Positions 1 to 9,752 of a stretch of 64,000 nt of DNA are shown here, in pieces. The DNA comes from Nitrosopumilus sp. (lineage in GTDB: Archaea > Thermoproteota > Nitrososphaeria > Nitrososphaerales > Nitrosopumilaceae). Below the pieces are notes generated by a model. The model ran no database searches. It saw only the letters and a program-made list of their open reading frames with translations, and was not told where the DNA came from. Each line of letters begins with the position of its first letter. Position 1 is the stretch's first letter. The position numbers and the translations under genes are program-made. Where the stretch lies: positions 1,568,001-1,632,000 of the forward strand of contig OY763927.2 in the NCBI GenBank assembly GCA_963667665.2. Direction: 5' to 3'.

Positions 1-174
1 CAATTTGAATCCAACATCATTGTTGTTGTATGCTTTTGTCCAGTTTTCCTCATTAAACGCATCTCTAATGCCTCCTTCAACTAAAAACTGGACGTTTATC
101 TCAATATTATCGTCAGATGAGTATTCATCATTAGATTTTACTACCTGAATCTCTGCAATCTTGCTTTCTACCAT
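1..174 (-). CDS. Hypothetical protein, N-terminal part (runs off window)
   Basis: Manual translation from ATG at 174: MVESKIAEIQVVKSNDEYSSDDNIEINVQFLVEGGIRDAFNEENWTKAYNNNDVGFKL, open to position 1. Confidence 0.6.
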   Translation of the reverse strand, partial: MVESKIAEIQVVKSNDEYSSDDNIEINVQFLVEGGIRDAFNEENWTKAYNNNDVGFKL

Positions 175-337
175 GCTAATTGCTCATAATGATTTATCTA
201 CCCTTAATATTTTATGTATAGCAAAATTTTGAAAATGAAATTATTTCAGAAAATTAAATTATATTCAAAATAGAAAGTGGTTTCTATAACAATTATTTAC
301 CGTATAAACAAGAAATTTGTGCTCATTTCTCTAGTAA

Positions 338-817
338 TCATTTATCTAGCCATTTCAAAAAATTTCTACGTCCATCTGAATTACTCGTCTGAAAATCAGA
401 TTGAAATTTTTCATATGTATCTGTATAAACTACCTTGTTTCCTTTTCTCCTTTTCGTAATGTGATCTAAGCCATCATGATTTTCAGGAGTTTTTGTAACT
501 CTGTCAAAATATATTCTAATTATTTTCTTTTTGTTGGTATTACATTGCATTCTAAGTTTTCTAAGATTGTAGCCATCTGACCATTTGGAAAAGAAGAAAT
601 TCTTTTTCTGATTGTCCAGTTTTTTCTTTGTACTTACTTCAACTATAAATAAATAGTCTTTATATTCAAAAAGCAAATCAATTTCTCCAATTTCTTTTTT
701 TCCATTCAAAATCCTCTTCCCAGAACAATTCTTTGTAAATCCCAGATTTGTTAGAAATATTTCTACTTCTTCTTCGTAACGTTTTGTTTTTGGATTTACA
801 TTAGTCAAATCTATCAT
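338..817 (-). CDS. PD-(D/E)xK restriction-endonuclease-fold protein
   Basis: YEEEV..FL..LGF helix followed by GEIDLLFEYKDYLFIVEVS motif. Confidence 0.6.
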   Translation of the reverse strand: MIDLTNVNPKTKRYEEEVEIFLTNLGFTKNCSGKRILNGKKEIGEIDLLFEYKDYLFIVEVSTKKKLDNQKKNFFFSKWSDGYNLRKLRMQCNTNKKKIIRIYFDRVTKTPENHDGLDHITKRRKGNKVVYTDTYEKFQSDFQTSNSDGRRNFLKWLDK

Positions 818-823
818 CTTTTT

Positions 824-1537
824 TTATTTAGTTACGTGACCTTTCAAATCTTTTACAATATTTTTAATTTCTTTTTCAGTTAGAGCATCTTGTCTGCTCA
901 TCAGAAAATGATTGATTCTATCCAAGCTTGACACAAAAACAGAACGATACCTCTTATTGTATTCAAAATTTCCCTTTACAGATAACAGAACATTTGTTAC
1001 ACGTACCTTTCTGAATATGTCTTGAAGTGAAATCCATAAAACTCTACCAGCTCTTTCAGTTTGTTCGTAGGGGCTAAAGCTTTTGTTATTATTTGCAAAT
1101 TGATTACTCCAGTTTTTTACTTCAATCATGTAGACTCCTTTAGGACAAACAACTACAATATCCATTTGAGCTGATTTTAGATTCTTTTTTCCGTTATAGG
1201 TAACCCAATGAGATAATTCAAGTCTCACTCCACACAAAATATGATAACTGTCATCAAGCTTTAACAATTCCTCGATGACTTCATTTTCTCCATGGGTTCC
1301 TGTAACATATTTTCCAACTTTTTTATACTGAAATTTATCAACTTGTCTTTTGTAATGATATCTTTTAACTTCTGAAAAAACAGTTCCAAGTAAAGATTTT
1401 TTTCCCTGACGTTGTTTTTGCATTTTTCCATAAAATTCCTTTCTGACCCTATCCATATCATCAACGTTTTTGACTTCGTTTGGTAACTTGTTTAGGAGAC
1501 TCCTTTCACTGTCTGCCATTCCATAAATGATAGCCAT
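824..1537 (-). CDS. NERD-domain nuclease-related protein
   Basis: G.HGE..V, QMDIVVVCPKGVYMIEVKNW and SPYEQ motifs. Confidence 0.85.
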   Translation of the reverse strand: MAIIYGMADSERSLLNKLPNEVKNVDDMDRVRKEFYGKMQKQRQGKKSLLGTVFSEVKRYHYKRQVDKFQYKKVGKYVTGTHGENEVIEELLKLDDSYHILCGVRLELSHWVTYNGKKNLKSAQMDIVVVCPKGVYMIEVKNWSNQFANNNKSFSPYEQTERAGRVLWISLQDIFRKVRVTNVLLSVKGNFEYNKRYRSVFVSSLDRINHFLMSRQDALTEKEIKNIVKDLKGHVTK

Positions 1538-1618
1538 GTTTTGAGTACGCGATTGTAATATTTTAGAAATTATTCTCCAATCTAGTCATAATTGTTTTAA
1601 CTTGATCACAATATTTTT

Positions 1619-1762
1619 TTAATCATTTAATAAAATCCTCTCAAGAATTTCTATTTGACCCCATTTTTCAGCCTCTGTGGATAAATCATCTTTGAAATAT
1701 CCAACCATGTATACTGATTTGATATCTTCAAGTAAAATTTTGATTTTCTCTTCACTAATCAT
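1619..1762 (-). CDS. Small hypothetical protein (47 aa)
   Basis: Manual translation MISEEKIKILLEDIKSVYMVGYFKDDLSTEAEKWGQIEILERILLND; ATG 2 nt after the stop of the upstream gene. Confidence 0.55.
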   Translation of the reverse strand: MISEEKIKILLEDIKSVYMVGYFKDDLSTEAEKWGQIEILERILLND

Positions 1763-1764
1763 GC

Positions 1765-2145
1765 CTATTTACCAAACCTATCAATACTGTAAGGCCAAAA
1801 AAATAACGTAGAGCGATCAAACCATTGTGGATACCATCCTCTATCTTCAAGCCAGTTGTGAATTTCTCTATACACCCCATCAACATAGACTGTTTTTATT
1901 TTCATTTTACTTAGCATTGAATTTTTTACTCCTACTTCAGACAATGGAACATCACCATAATCTTCGGCTTCAGAATCAAATACTGGAAGTCCTTTGTAGA
2001 ACCAAGCACAGTTATTTTGTTGAGTCCATATTCCTCCCTTTCTATTAAGAAGTTTTTCAGATTTTTTCATAAAGTTAATTTCTGGAATCTTTTTTGTTAG
2101 TCCTTTCATGATTTGTTTTCCAGCTTGTTCCAGATGGAGGTTCAA
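1765..2145 (-). CDS. Hypothetical protein, aromatic-rich (start may be ATG 2109)
   Basis: ORF track; co-oriented with element cargo. Confidence 0.6.
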   Translation of the reverse strand: MNLHLEQAGKQIMKGLTKKIPEINFMKKSEKLLNRKGGIWTQQNNCAWFYKGLPVFDSEAEDYGDVPLSEVGVKNSMLSKMKIKTVYVDGVYREIHNWLEDRGWYPQWFDRSTLFFWPYSIDRFGK

Positions 2146-2238
2146 ATTTCAATCCATTGAATTCTATTGAATATATCTCACTTGTATATTATGCACTCTT
2201 TACATAATTATTCCTTGATTTTATCTTATACTACTAAA

Positions 2239-2337
2239 TTAACTCCATCGATTAATCTGATAGATTGCAGTTTCTCGTGAAATGTTTTCAGATTTCATTA
2301 GTTTTTTAATAATTTTTTCATCTATTTTTTCTGTCAT
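2239..2337 (-). CDS. Possible 32-aa peptide
   Basis: Manual translation MTEKIDEKIIKKLMKSENISRETAIYQINRWS. Confidence 0.3.
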   Translation of the reverse strand: MTEKIDEKIIKKLMKSENISRETAIYQINRWS

Positions 2338-2356
2338 ATCTTATTATTTGTCTTTA

Positions 2357-3334
2357 TCATATATAATTATTTTTATCTTTAGCATACCAAATAATGAAAT
2401 CTGAAACTGCAGACATGTATTCTTTTGCAAGTCCAGCTGTTTTCTTGAATGTGATTAAATGTATAAATTTTTTTTTCCCAAATATTTCATCACAAAGAAC
2501 TCTAACTAAATGAACATTTGCATCTCCTATTTGTATAAAACAACTACCACTTTCATGAAGTAATCTTTTTGCTAAAAGTAATCTAGTTCGTAAATATGAA
2601 AGATACGAATGAATACCCAGTTCCCATGTATCTTTAAATGCTTTAATCATTTCTGGCTCTTGTGTCAGATCATCATCTTTTCTATCAGTGACAGTTTTAG
2701 TTTGTGTAAATGGTTGAAAGTTTGAACCATATGTGATTCCATAAGGAGGATCTATGAAGACCATCTGGATTTTTTCTCCCATTTCTTCTTTTTCCAAAAG
2801 CGAGTTCATTACAAGAAGTGAATCACCTGCAATCAAACGATTGGACCAGCTTTGATCATGCTTGTAAAATTCAATTGCGTCCCTTAATGGAGGATTATTT
2901 TCTGGCATTTCAAAAAAAGGAAATAATGTTTCTTGTTCTTGGTCTTGTTTTTTTAATATTTTACCAATTATTGTCATAGGATCAATTTTTTCGTGTCTGT
3001 GAAGTGATACTGTATCAACTTCAAAATTAGAACTTTCTACTTTTCCAGACCATTCAAGTTGTGGATCTAGACGAGGATCAAATGAATATTTTTTTGCAGG
3101 CAAATCTACATCAGATTCTGGAGTCACTAGACCAACTGGTGGATTGTTAGCCCTTTTTTCTTTTTCGTGAATGTATTGTTTAATTGCAATTTTTTTCTTT
3201 TTCGGGTCTCTAATTGTGGCAAGCTTTGTTCTCTTTCTAGATTTTCTTGTAGATTTTCTTGTAGATTTTCTTGTAGTTTTAGTTGTATCAAGTTCTTTTA
3301 GTCCAAATTTTGATAGTATTTTTTTCCTTGCCAC
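2357..3334 (-). pseudogene. Truncated N6-adenine DNA methyltransferase (type III Mod-like, beta class)
   Basis: NRLIAGDSL, IDPPYG, YLSYLRTRL, GSCFIQI motifs present; ends before the FxGxG SAM-binding motif. Confidence 0.75.
3238..3276. repeat. 12-bp tandem repeat TAGATTTTCTTG x3 (encodes TRKS repeats)
   Basis: Units at 3238, 3250 and 3262 read directly. Confidence 0.9.
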
Positions 3335-3383
3335 AAAACAGATGTGATTTTGAGTCTTTTAACTAAATCGATCATTCTTATTT

Positions 3384-4490
3384 TCATAATCCTATATTTG
3401 GTACAGTGATATGATTTGACTCAAAATAATCTATGAGATTTTTTAATTTATTTTCAAGACTTTGATATTTTTCATTCATCTGTTTTAGATTATTTTCAAC
3501 TGCTTTGAAATCTGACATTGTAAGATATGGTTCTGCCTCTAGATACATCTCTTTTTTCTTATCTTCTGATAACTGATAGTATGTATCTAAATAGAAACTA
3601 TGACCCATTATAGCCTCGGCAAAGTCTCTCCCTACAGCATTTCCAACTGTTGTCCTGAAGAACTTTCTAAGGGAGTGAAGATGTATTGCTTGTCTCCCAT
3701 TCTCATCTTTAACATTAAGATCTGGAATTGCTCTAACTATTTCCCTTAACTCAGTCTGCAATGTCTTGATGATTGACTCAGCAATAAATGGGCCTCTATG
3801 TCTATACACTGTTGCAAATATTTGCTTCTCAATAATCTGTGGATCTTTTATTCCTTCAAACCAATTATGGTATCTTTTCAAATAATCTTTTAGTGCATTT
3901 GTTGCTTCTGCTGTCAAAAAGCATTCCCTTGATTGTCTTGTCTTTGTTGTGTTTGCTCTAAGATACACTTTGATTGGATTTTCATTAAAATCAATATCTG
4001 AAATCTTTAGATTAACAACCTCGCCAATTCGCATTCCAGTGGACACTGCAACAATTATTGCCAAGTATAATTTTGGTTTTGCATTTCGTAACAACCTTGC
4101 AATAATCTCTTTGTCAAGTGGCATCTCTCGTATTCTGATTACCTTGGGTACCTTGACTATCAGTTTAAGATCTTCTGAATCAATCTTTATTCCCATATGT
4201 CTAAGATATCCCTTATTCACAGATAATGCATTACGAATTGTTCTTGCACCTCTGCCTGTCTTATCCATATACACAACAAATTCTTTGAAAATCTTGAGAA
4301 TGTCTATCTTCTCTTCTTTATAGTAGTCAAGTAGGTCATACTCATCCATATCATAATTTTCTTTCAAAAATTCTCTAAATAGATGAATTCTGGTTTTGTA
4401 GGATTTTATGGTATTATGGCTATGTGAAATAACATACATAGAATCTAGATATTCTGTTTCATAATTTTCTCTGCATAATTGAAGTGTCAT
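3384..4490 (-). CDS. Tyrosine recombinase/integrase
   Basis: TGMRIGEV (R), TKT (K), HSLRKFF (HxxR), MGH and downstream YY; N-terminal SAM-like domain. Confidence 0.92.
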   Translation of the reverse strand: MTLQLCRENYETEYLDSMYVISHSHNTIKSYKTRIHLFREFLKENYDMDEYDLLDYYKEEKIDILKIFKEFVVYMDKTGRGARTIRNALSVNKGYLRHMGIKIDSEDLKLIVKVPKVIRIREMPLDKEIIARLLRNAKPKLYLAIIVAVSTGMRIGEVVNLKISDIDFNENPIKVYLRANTTKTRQSRECFLTAEATNALKDYLKRYHNWFEGIKDPQIIEKQIFATVYRHRGPFIAESIIKTLQTELREIVRAIPDLNVKDENGRQAIHLHSLRKFFRTTVGNAVGRDFAEAIMGHSFYLDTYYQLSEDKKKEMYLEAEPYLTMSDFKAVENNLKQMNEKYQSLENKLKNLIDYFESNHITVPNIGL

Positions 4491-4492
4491 GA

Positions 4493-4516
4493 AAATAGAT
4501 ACCCCATCATCTATTT
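4493..4516. other. Candidate recombination core site AAATAGAT-N8-ATCTATTT
   Basis: Perfect 8-bp inverted repeat with 8-bp asymmetric spacer ACCCCATC, 2 nt upstream of the integrase ATG. Confidence 0.5.
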
Positions 4517-4589
4517 CACAGGTGGGGGATACGGCGATGGGCAGCTGCGGGTTGATTTATATCCACAATAAGTTCTTTTTCCGATTAAC

Positions 4590-4868
4590 ATGGATGCTCA
4601 AGTAATCACTTTAAAACCTAAAGAAGCCAGTCTTTCAATCTCAGATGGTGATATAGGAATTTTATACATTATTCAACATGAGCTACTAAAAGAATCAAAG
4701 ATCGATTTTGCAGGAGTTATTGTAAAACATCCCCTTACCAATGAAATCCATATGAAAATCAATTGTAGTACAAAACCACTAGGAGAGATGAAAAAAGCTA
4801 CAGATTCATCAATAAAAATGGCAGAAGAGTTCAAAAAATTATTTAATTCTAAAATTAAGGTAAATTAG
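4590..4868 (+). CDS. rpoL: DNA-directed RNA polymerase subunit L (Rpo11)
   Basis: FAGVIVKHPL motif, size, adjacency to TFS. Confidence 0.88.
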   Translation: MDAQVITLKPKEASLSISDGDIGILYIIQHELLKESKIDFAGVIVKHPLTNEIHMKINCSTKPLGEMKKATDSSIKMAEEFKKLFNSKIKVN

Positions 4869-4869
4869 T

Positions 4870-5187
4870 TTGAAATTTTGCCCCAAATGTGAGGTCAAAT
4901 TAAAAAAAAGTGTTTCTGGCCTTCAATGTTCAAAATGTGGTTATACTGAAGAAGAAAAAGTAAAACAAACAAAAAAAGTTGTAAGTGAACAAGAACCAGA
5001 TTTCTCACTTCTTGCTTTTGAAGGAAGTGAAGGAGAAGAACAATATTCATCAATCAAAATCGATTGTGCAAAATGTGGACATGATGAAGCAGTTTGGTGG
5101 ATGTTTCAAACAAGAAGTGCAGATGAACCTACAACCAGATTTTATCGTTGTCAGAAATGTAAATACACTTGGCGTGATTACACATAA
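4870..5187 (+). CDS. tfs: Transcription factor S (RpoM/TFIIS family)
   Basis: MKFCPKC and QTRSADEPTTRFYRCQKC zinc ribbons. Confidence 0.95.
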   Translation: MKFCPKCEVKLKKSVSGLQCSKCGYTEEEKVKQTKKVVSEQEPDFSLLAFEGSEGEEQYSSIKIDCAKCGHDEAVWWMFQTRSADEPTTRFYRCQKCKYTWRDYT

Positions 5188-5221
5188 CGTTTAACTGGAA
5201 CTTAAAGTCAACAAAGTTGAT

Positions 5222-5968
5222 TTGACTTTTGGAGCAAAAACAAGTGGTTCAGACGATCTAAAGGCTATAATCTCTGCAATATCAACACTTGTTGAAGAAG
5301 CTACTTTTGTTGCAACAGCAGAAGGAATTACATTTAGAGGAATGGATCCATCACATGTTGCACTTATTGATATATCCTGGCCTAATTCAGCATTTGAAAA
5401 ATATGAATGTGATAGTGATATAAAATTTGGAGTAAGAATAGATGAATTTTCAAAACTTATCAAAAGAGCAGACAAAAAAGATAGTATAGAGATTAGTATC
5501 TCTGAGCAAAATATGTTACTTGTAACAGTTGGAAAAAATAAAAAATACAAAATGCGTTTAATTGAAAGTTCTGCAACTGACACTCCGTTGCCAAAAATTC
5601 CTTATGATTCAAAAATTACTTTGTCTTCATCAAAATTTGATAAGATTCTTGGCGATGTACAAGTTGTATCTGACTATCTAACAATTCAAACATCTGATTC
5701 AAAAGTAGATTTTTCAGGTAAAGGTGACTCTGGTGAAGTTGTAATTGATCTTGACAAAAATGATGAAGACATTGAAGAAATTTTTTCAAAAGCAGACAGT
5801 GTAGGTACTTACAGTCTTGAATATCTTAATCCAGTGATAAAAGCAGTAGGAAATACTGCAGGCTTGATTACATGTGAGTTTTCGAGCGCAAAACCACTGA
5901 GAATTGAATTCAAAGTAGCAAATATTGGCAGAATTCACTTTTACTTGGCTCCACGCGTGGAAAGTTAA
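5222..5968 (+). CDS. pcn: DNA polymerase sliding clamp PCNA
   Basis: MDPSHVALID, YSLEYL, FYLAPR motifs. Confidence 0.97.
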   Translation: MTFGAKTSGSDDLKAIISAISTLVEEATFVATAEGITFRGMDPSHVALIDISWPNSAFEKYECDSDIKFGVRIDEFSKLIKRADKKDSIEISISEQNMLLVTVGKNKKYKMRLIESSATDTPLPKIPYDSKITLSSSKFDKILGDVQVVSDYLTIQTSDSKVDFSGKGDSGEVVIDLDKNDEDIEEIFSKADSVGTYSLEYLNPVIKAVGNTAGLITCEFSSAKPLRIEFKVANIGRIHFYLAPRVES

Positions 5969-6003
5969 AGCATTTAAAGATTAACTAATTCAGGTATTTT
6001 GAA

Positions 6004-7407
6004 ATGCGACTTGTTATAAAATATGGTGGAACATCAATTTCTACTACAAAAGACATTCAAGCTGTAGCTAAACACATTAACTCATTATCAAATAAACATC
6101 AAATTTTAGTTGTTTGTTCTGCGATAAGTGGAACTACTGATGATCTTATAGAAATATCCGAGTCTATAAAAAGAGAAAATAAAACAAAAGCTGAACAACT
6201 TGCAGCAAAAATAATCAATAGACATAAACAATTAGCAAAACAAACAATAAAAAAATCTGATGTACGAAAAAAATTACTGACAAAACTAGATCTAGACTTT
6301 ACAGAACTTCTTGCATTAATTGATGGAATGGTATTACTGGGTGAAGTAACACCTAGATCAATGGATTATCTAATTTCATTTGGTGAAAGATTATCAATAC
6401 AATTAGTTTCATCAGCAATTAATGATTCAGGTAAAAAATCAATTTCTCTTACTGGTAAAGAAGTAGGAATTGTAACTGATTCTAACTTTGGTGAATCTAG
6501 ACCACTTTTTGATACAACCAGACTAAGAGTATCAAAGACAGTAGATGCTTTGTTCTCAAAGAAAACAATTCCTGTTGTAGGAGGATTTGCAGGTGCAGAT
6601 CAACATGGACATGTAACTACCTTTGGTAGAGGCGGTTCTGACTATTCTGCAACAACTATTGGTTCTTGTATTAAAGCTGATGAAATTTGGTTGATGAGTA
6701 ATGTAGATGGACTTATGACAGCAGATCCAAAAATTGTTAAAAATGCAAAATTACTCAAAGAAGTATCATACATAGAAGCAATTGAGATGGCTCTGTTTGG
6801 TGCCAAGCAGATACATCCACGAACATTTGAGCCTCTTCTATCAAAGAAAATTCCAATGAAGATCAGAAATTCTTTCAATGTAAAAAATGAAGGAACACTT
6901 GTTACTGCATCTACTTCTTCAGCTGCTAAAAATACCGTAAAATGTGTAAGTAATGTTCGAAATAATGGATTAATCGACATTCAGGGAGGCAGTATGGTTG
7001 GAACACCTGGAACTGCAGCCAAAATATTTTCAACATTGGCAAAATCTGGAATAAATGTAATGATGATCTCTCAGAATCCTTCCGAATCAAGCATTACAAT
7101 TGTGGTAAAGAATACAGATCTTGACAAAGCAGTTAGTGCATTAGAAATGGAATTACTAGGAAAAATTATCAAAAAGTTAGAAGTCACTACGAATGTAGCT
7201 ATTATTGCATTGATTGGTTCAGGTATGCGAGGAACTGTTGGAGTTGCTTCAAAAGTTTTTGGAGCAATTGAGAAAAACAAAGTTAACGTATCGATGATTA
7301 CTCAAGGTTCATCTGAACTTAATCTTGCATTTGTTGTAAAAAATTCTGATGCCAATGCAGCAGTGAAAGCTCTACATAATGAATTTAAACTTGATAAAAT
7401 TAATTGA
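6004..7407 (+). CDS. lysC: Aspartate kinase
   Basis: KYGGTS, GRGGSDYSA, ADPKIV and two ACT domains. Confidence 0.96.
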   Translation: MRLVIKYGGTSISTTKDIQAVAKHINSLSNKHQILVVCSAISGTTDDLIEISESIKRENKTKAEQLAAKIINRHKQLAKQTIKKSDVRKKLLTKLDLDFTELLALIDGMVLLGEVTPRSMDYLISFGERLSIQLVSSAINDSGKKSISLTGKEVGIVTDSNFGESRPLFDTTRLRVSKTVDALFSKKTIPVVGGFAGADQHGHVTTFGRGGSDYSATTIGSCIKADEIWLMSNVDGLMTADPKIVKNAKLLKEVSYIEAIEMALFGAKQIHPRTFEPLLSKKIPMKIRNSFNVKNEGTLVTASTSSAAKNTVKCVSNVRNNGLIDIQGGSMVGTPGTAAKIFSTLAKSGINVMMISQNPSESSITIVVKNTDLDKAVSALEMELLGKIIKKLEVTTNVAIIALIGSGMRGTVGVASKVFGAIEKNKVNVSMITQGSSELNLAFVVKNSDANAAVKALHNEFKLDKIN

Positions 7408-7445
7408 GACAAAATCATTTAAAGGAATAAATTCCATCACATCCA

Positions 7446-8909
7446 TTGAATAAACAAATTCCTATTTTGGTTATTGTAATTTTTGTAGCTAGTATTATTT
7501 CTGTTTCTTCAATATCTGATCAATTTGTTGATGCAGGTTCTAGAAAAAAAATTCACTTTACTCAAACTATTACATCTTCTCAAGATCCAGGACAAGGACA
7601 TCAAAATCACCAATTAGCACTTATTCTATCACCAAACGAAGGAACTCTTTATGATGGATCTATGACATTTACCTCAAGTAAGCCTGTTCAGATTGTCGTT
7701 TTACACGAAATTAACTCTAAACAAGTAAAAGGTCAACCTATCTGGACTGTTGATGGAAATTCTGTTTATGGTATGTCTTTGATTGATTTAGAGGAAAAAT
7801 CAGGATCTTTTGAGTTTACAGGAGCTGCACTTGCATTACATTCGTCTGATTCAAAAGAATTTACTGTAACTGTAAGTGTTGATGGTTGGATACGTGGACA
7901 ACCTACTGAAGTTATAATGCAAAAAATTGAATTAGAAAAAGAAGACCCTTCATTTTTACTTTCAAAAACAAATGTTCCAGCTATAATCCCAATGCATAAA
8001 GGAATCTATGCAGGAAATCAAATTCTTTACATTATCACTGATGGTAGTGATGAGGATTATTCAAAAACTCTCTCAGAAAAACAAGGATGGAATGTTGAAC
8101 TTGCTTCAGCTATTTCAAATGTTCCAGAAGATGCTCTTCAAAAATTGTTCATTTTTAAAAATGGAATTAAAGGTGATGGAATTTATGGATTCCAAGATGA
8201 AATATTTTCTAGTACTCCATCACAAGAATCACAGTACAGCGCATTGAGTTCTATAATTGAAGTTACATGGAAAATAGGTCAAAAAGAAATAATGTTTGAA
8301 TCTGCAGCAGATGTAATTGCTGCAGAAGAAGGTGGTAGAGTTGAGTTTAATGAAACAGGAATTGTTCTAAATACTCCTCAAATTGTTTGGCCTGATGGAC
8401 AGATGCTAGTACGTTCTGATAAAGAAATTACAGATGAAACTCCATATGGTGGAGGTCAGATAATTGAAATTAATGAAGAAGAATTGACTGTAACCTTTGT
8501 TGCTCATAGAGGCTGGGGACCTGATGGAAAAACCATCTACTATATTGTTACTGATGCTACCCCTTCAGGACCTGCAGAAACAATGGGAGTTGTTTCATCT
8601 CCAACATCTGCAAATTTAATAGCTCATTCCGGAGCAGTTGATCTTTTCCAATTCAAAAATGGAATTAAAGGCACTGGCCCACTAGGATTTCAACCTGGAA
8701 TTGCTGGTGCCGCTCTTGGTGATACAAATTACAGTCCTATGTGGCGAATTTATCTCGTTGAATGGAATGATGCAAAATCAGCAAAAATTTTAGAGACAAA
8801 ATCAGATATTGATTCATTTCGTGCAGATGATCTGATATCTGTAAGTATTGCACGACCAACTAATAGTGATCATATAGTTAACTGCCCATTCATAGATCCA
8901 TTCCAATAG
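7446..8909 (+). CDS. Secreted protein with two repeated domains (DUF7482-like)
   Basis: Signal peptide; duplicated FKNGIKG.G..GFQ and YS....W motifs. Confidence 0.7.
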   Translation: MNKQIPILVIVIFVASIISVSSISDQFVDAGSRKKIHFTQTITSSQDPGQGHQNHQLALILSPNEGTLYDGSMTFTSSKPVQIVVLHEINSKQVKGQPIWTVDGNSVYGMSLIDLEEKSGSFEFTGAALALHSSDSKEFTVTVSVDGWIRGQPTEVIMQKIELEKEDPSFLLSKTNVPAIIPMHKGIYAGNQILYIITDGSDEDYSKTLSEKQGWNVELASAISNVPEDALQKLFIFKNGIKGDGIYGFQDEIFSSTPSQESQYSALSSIIEVTWKIGQKEIMFESAADVIAAEEGGRVEFNETGIVLNTPQIVWPDGQMLVRSDKEITDETPYGGGQIIEINEEELTVTFVAHRGWGPDGKTIYYIVTDATPSGPAETMGVVSSPTSANLIAHSGAVDLFQFKNGIKGTGPLGFQPGIAGAALGDTNYSPMWRIYLVEWNDAKSAKILETKSDIDSFRADDLISVSIARPTNSDHIVNCPFIDPFQ

Positions 8910-8951
8910 AAATTCCACTAAACGGATAAATTACTTAACAAAAGATTTGTT

Positions 8952-9752
8952 TTGAAATTGACTGGTAAACTCTACATTGTTGGTGTTGGTCCTGGACACC
9001 ATGATCATATGACATTTAGAGCAAAAGAAGCAATTATTGAAAGTGACACAATTGTTGGATATGAAACTTATGTAAATTTAGTTCAAGATCTAATTGAAGA
9101 TAAAACAGTTTATCGTTATGCAATGACACAAGAAGTTGAAAGAGCTCATCAATGCATTGATCTTGCAAAATCAGGAAAAATTGTTTCACTTGTATCAAGT
9201 GGAGATCCTGGAATTTATGGAATGGCTGGATTAATTTATGAAACACTTGCGGAAAGTGGTTGGAATCCTAAAGATGGTTTACAAGTTGAGATCATTCCAG
9301 GTGTGTCAGCATTAAATTCTTGTGCATCAATAGTTGGATCACCTTTGATGACTGATTTTGCAGTTGTTAGTATGAGTGACTTGTTAGTTCCATGGGAAAT
9401 TATTCAAAAAAGAGTTGAAGCTGCAGCACAAGGTGATTTTGTAATTGTAATTTATAATCCATCTAGTAAAAAAAGAATTCATCAATTACAAGACACTAGA
9501 AAAATTCTTCTAAAATATCGCAAACTTACAACTCCTGTTGCAATTATTAAAGGAGCATTTAGAGAATCTGAAACAGTTGTTATGACTGATTTAGAAAATT
9601 TGCCAAATCATTCAGACAAATTAGGCATGATTACTACTGTAATTATTGGAAATTCCTCTACATACACTTACAAAGATTTGATGATAAATCCAAGAGGATA
9701 CAAATCAAAATATAATTTAGAAGAACAGACCAATCCAGATCTCAAAGTCTAA
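8952..9752 (+). CDS. cobJ: Precorrin-3B C17-methyltransferase
   Basis: VGVGPG, SSGDPGIYGMAG, SDLLVPW, YNP, NPRGY. Confidence 0.95.
   Translation: MKLTGKLYIVGVGPGHHDHMTFRAKEAIIESDTIVGYETYVNLVQDLIEDKTVYRYAMTQEVERAHQCIDLAKSGKIVSLVSSGDPGIYGMAGLIYETLAESGWNPKDGLQVEIIPGVSALNSCASIVGSPLMTDFAVVSMSDLLVPWEIIQKRVEAAAQGDFVIVIYNPSSKKRIHQLQDTRKILLKYRKLTTPVAIIKGAFRESETVVMTDLENLPNHSDKLGMITTVIIGNSSTYTYKDLMINPRGYKSKYNLEEQTNPDLKV

Larger units (their letters stand above)
1..4516. mobile_element. Right end of an integrative element or genomic island
   Basis: Tyrosine integrase next to core gene rpoL, att-like inverted repeat at 4493-4516, co-oriented cargo (methyltransferase, nucleases); other end lies outside the window. 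Confidence 0.7.

Noticed and set aside
4520-4553. tRNA fragment, fluoride riboswitch, SRP or RNase P RNA as identity of the GC-rich segment
   Set aside because: No cloverleaf or T-loop; only GGCGATGG matches the crcB motif; SRP and RNase P signature sequences not seen
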